From: Bacteroidales bacterium
Lineage (GTDB): Bacteria > Bacteroidota > Bacteroidia > Bacteroidales > F082
Assembly: GCA_017965765.1 (NCBI GenBank)
Contig: JAGCPJ010000074.1
Span: forward strand, 2,272 to 66,271
Reading direction: 5' to 3'
Length of the DNA: 64,000 nt
The notes beneath the pieces were generated by a model. It was not told where the DNA came from. It did not search any database and was given only the letters and a program-made list of their open reading frames with translations. The position numbers and the translations under genes are program-made. Numbering within the stretch: position 1 is the first letter of the stretch; every line of letters starts with the position of its first letter. Of the stretch, positions 63,358 through 64,000 are shown in pieces.

Positions 63358-64000
63358 GTCTCCGTCGGCTACAAATAGTAACCTTATTGGTCTTATTGGC
63401 AGGTCTCGTCGCCTGCCAACAGGACAAGCGTCATTTCCAGGAAGCCGGCACCTTATTGCAACAAGGACTGGAGCAAAGTGCCGCCAAGAACACCATAGCT
63501 GCCGCCGAATGCTTTAGCCAGGCACTCGTCGCCCTCAACCAGTGCGATGGCGACAACCCTGAAATACAACGGATGAAAGCTCAAGTGGAGGACAATCTTG
63601 GCGCCATGTATTGGAAACACGGGCTGAGCGATGATGCCCTCCAGCTACACCTCAACGCCGTTACCCATCTTCGTCAACTCGATGAACCGACACTGCTGAT
63701 GAAAGCCTTGCGTAATTGTGGACGGGTGACGGCTTCCCTGCAACAGATCGAAGAAGCCCAATACTATTACGAAGAAGCCTGTGGAATCGCAACAAGGCTC
63801 AACGACACTGTGTTCTCCAACGAACTGCTGATGGAAACCAGTCACGACCTTTATTTGGAGAGAGGCAACTACCCAAAAGCCATTGAAAACGCCTCAAAAG
63901 CTTTGGCGCACGGTGCCGATCCGGGTTTTTGTAACCTTGTCATTGGCTTGTCACATTATTATCTCTATGAAAATGTCGAGGCTTTGGCTTTTCTTGAAGA
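63354..64000 (+). CDS. TPR-like lipoprotein, 5' partial (runs off the window end)
   Basis: The frame is open from GTG 63354 (overlapping the upstream stop) to the window end. The N-terminus is SLRRLQIVTLLVLLAGLVACQQ (lipobox), followed by helical repeat-like sequence. It is not in the ORF track because it has no stop. Confidence 0.5.
   Translation, partial: MSLRRLQIVTLLVLLAGLVACQQDKRHFQEAGTLLQQGLEQSAAKNTIAAAECFSQALVALNQCDGDNPEIQRMKAQVEDNLGAMYWKHGLSDDALQLHLNAVTHLRQLDEPTLLMKALRNCGRVTASLQQIEEAQYYYEEACGIATRLNDTVFSNELLMETSHDLYLERGNYPKAIENASKALAHGADPGFCNLVIGLSHYYLYENVEALAFLE

Overview
The window looks like a Bacteroidota (Bacteroidales-like) chromosomal segment. The evidence is several T9SS C-terminal sorting domains, TAnnTTTG -7 promoter boxes, an S46 dipeptidyl-peptidase, and the gene orders flippase-dut-TPR-DUF4292-M23 and ftsX-DUF3098-uppP-truB-queA-glyQS. 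Most of it is housekeeping: ybeY, mnmG, dut, uppP, truB, queA, glyQS, ftsX, an acyl-CoA carboxyltransferase, an ABC exporter, and tRNA-Phe/tRNA-Trp. There is also a peptide-catabolism block (YfcC carrier, M49-like and S46 peptidases) and large T9SS cargo proteins. No transposase, integrase, phage genes, CRISPR array or rRNA were seen. Two things stand out. (1) A 15.3-kb, ten-gene, same-strand array (33114-48457, minus strand) holds four paralogous MBOAT (AlgI/DltB-type) acyltransferases interleaved with six AlgJ/AlgX-like permuted-SGNH proteins. A translationally coupled CotH-like T9SS protein and GH16-like protein converge on it. No alginate, cellulose or teichoic-acid synthesis genes are present, so the substrate is unknown. 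(2) A dense family of palindromic repeats with 7-nt periodicity, built from GGAAAAC/GGAGAAC units, occurs at 17 clear loci. The arms contain no T on one strand and no A on the other, so they are stop-free in all six frames. Thirteen loci lie in frame inside coding sequences: all four MBOATs, a U32 peptidase, the YfcC carrier, the GH16-like protein and a lipoprotein N-terminus. The other four start at or immediately after stop codons. A 40-nt second module travels with them and occurs in both orientations at the same protein position in paralogous MBOATs. Other, sequence-unrelated heptamer arrays also sit at gene ends. All functional calls come from motif recognition by eye; no database search was run.
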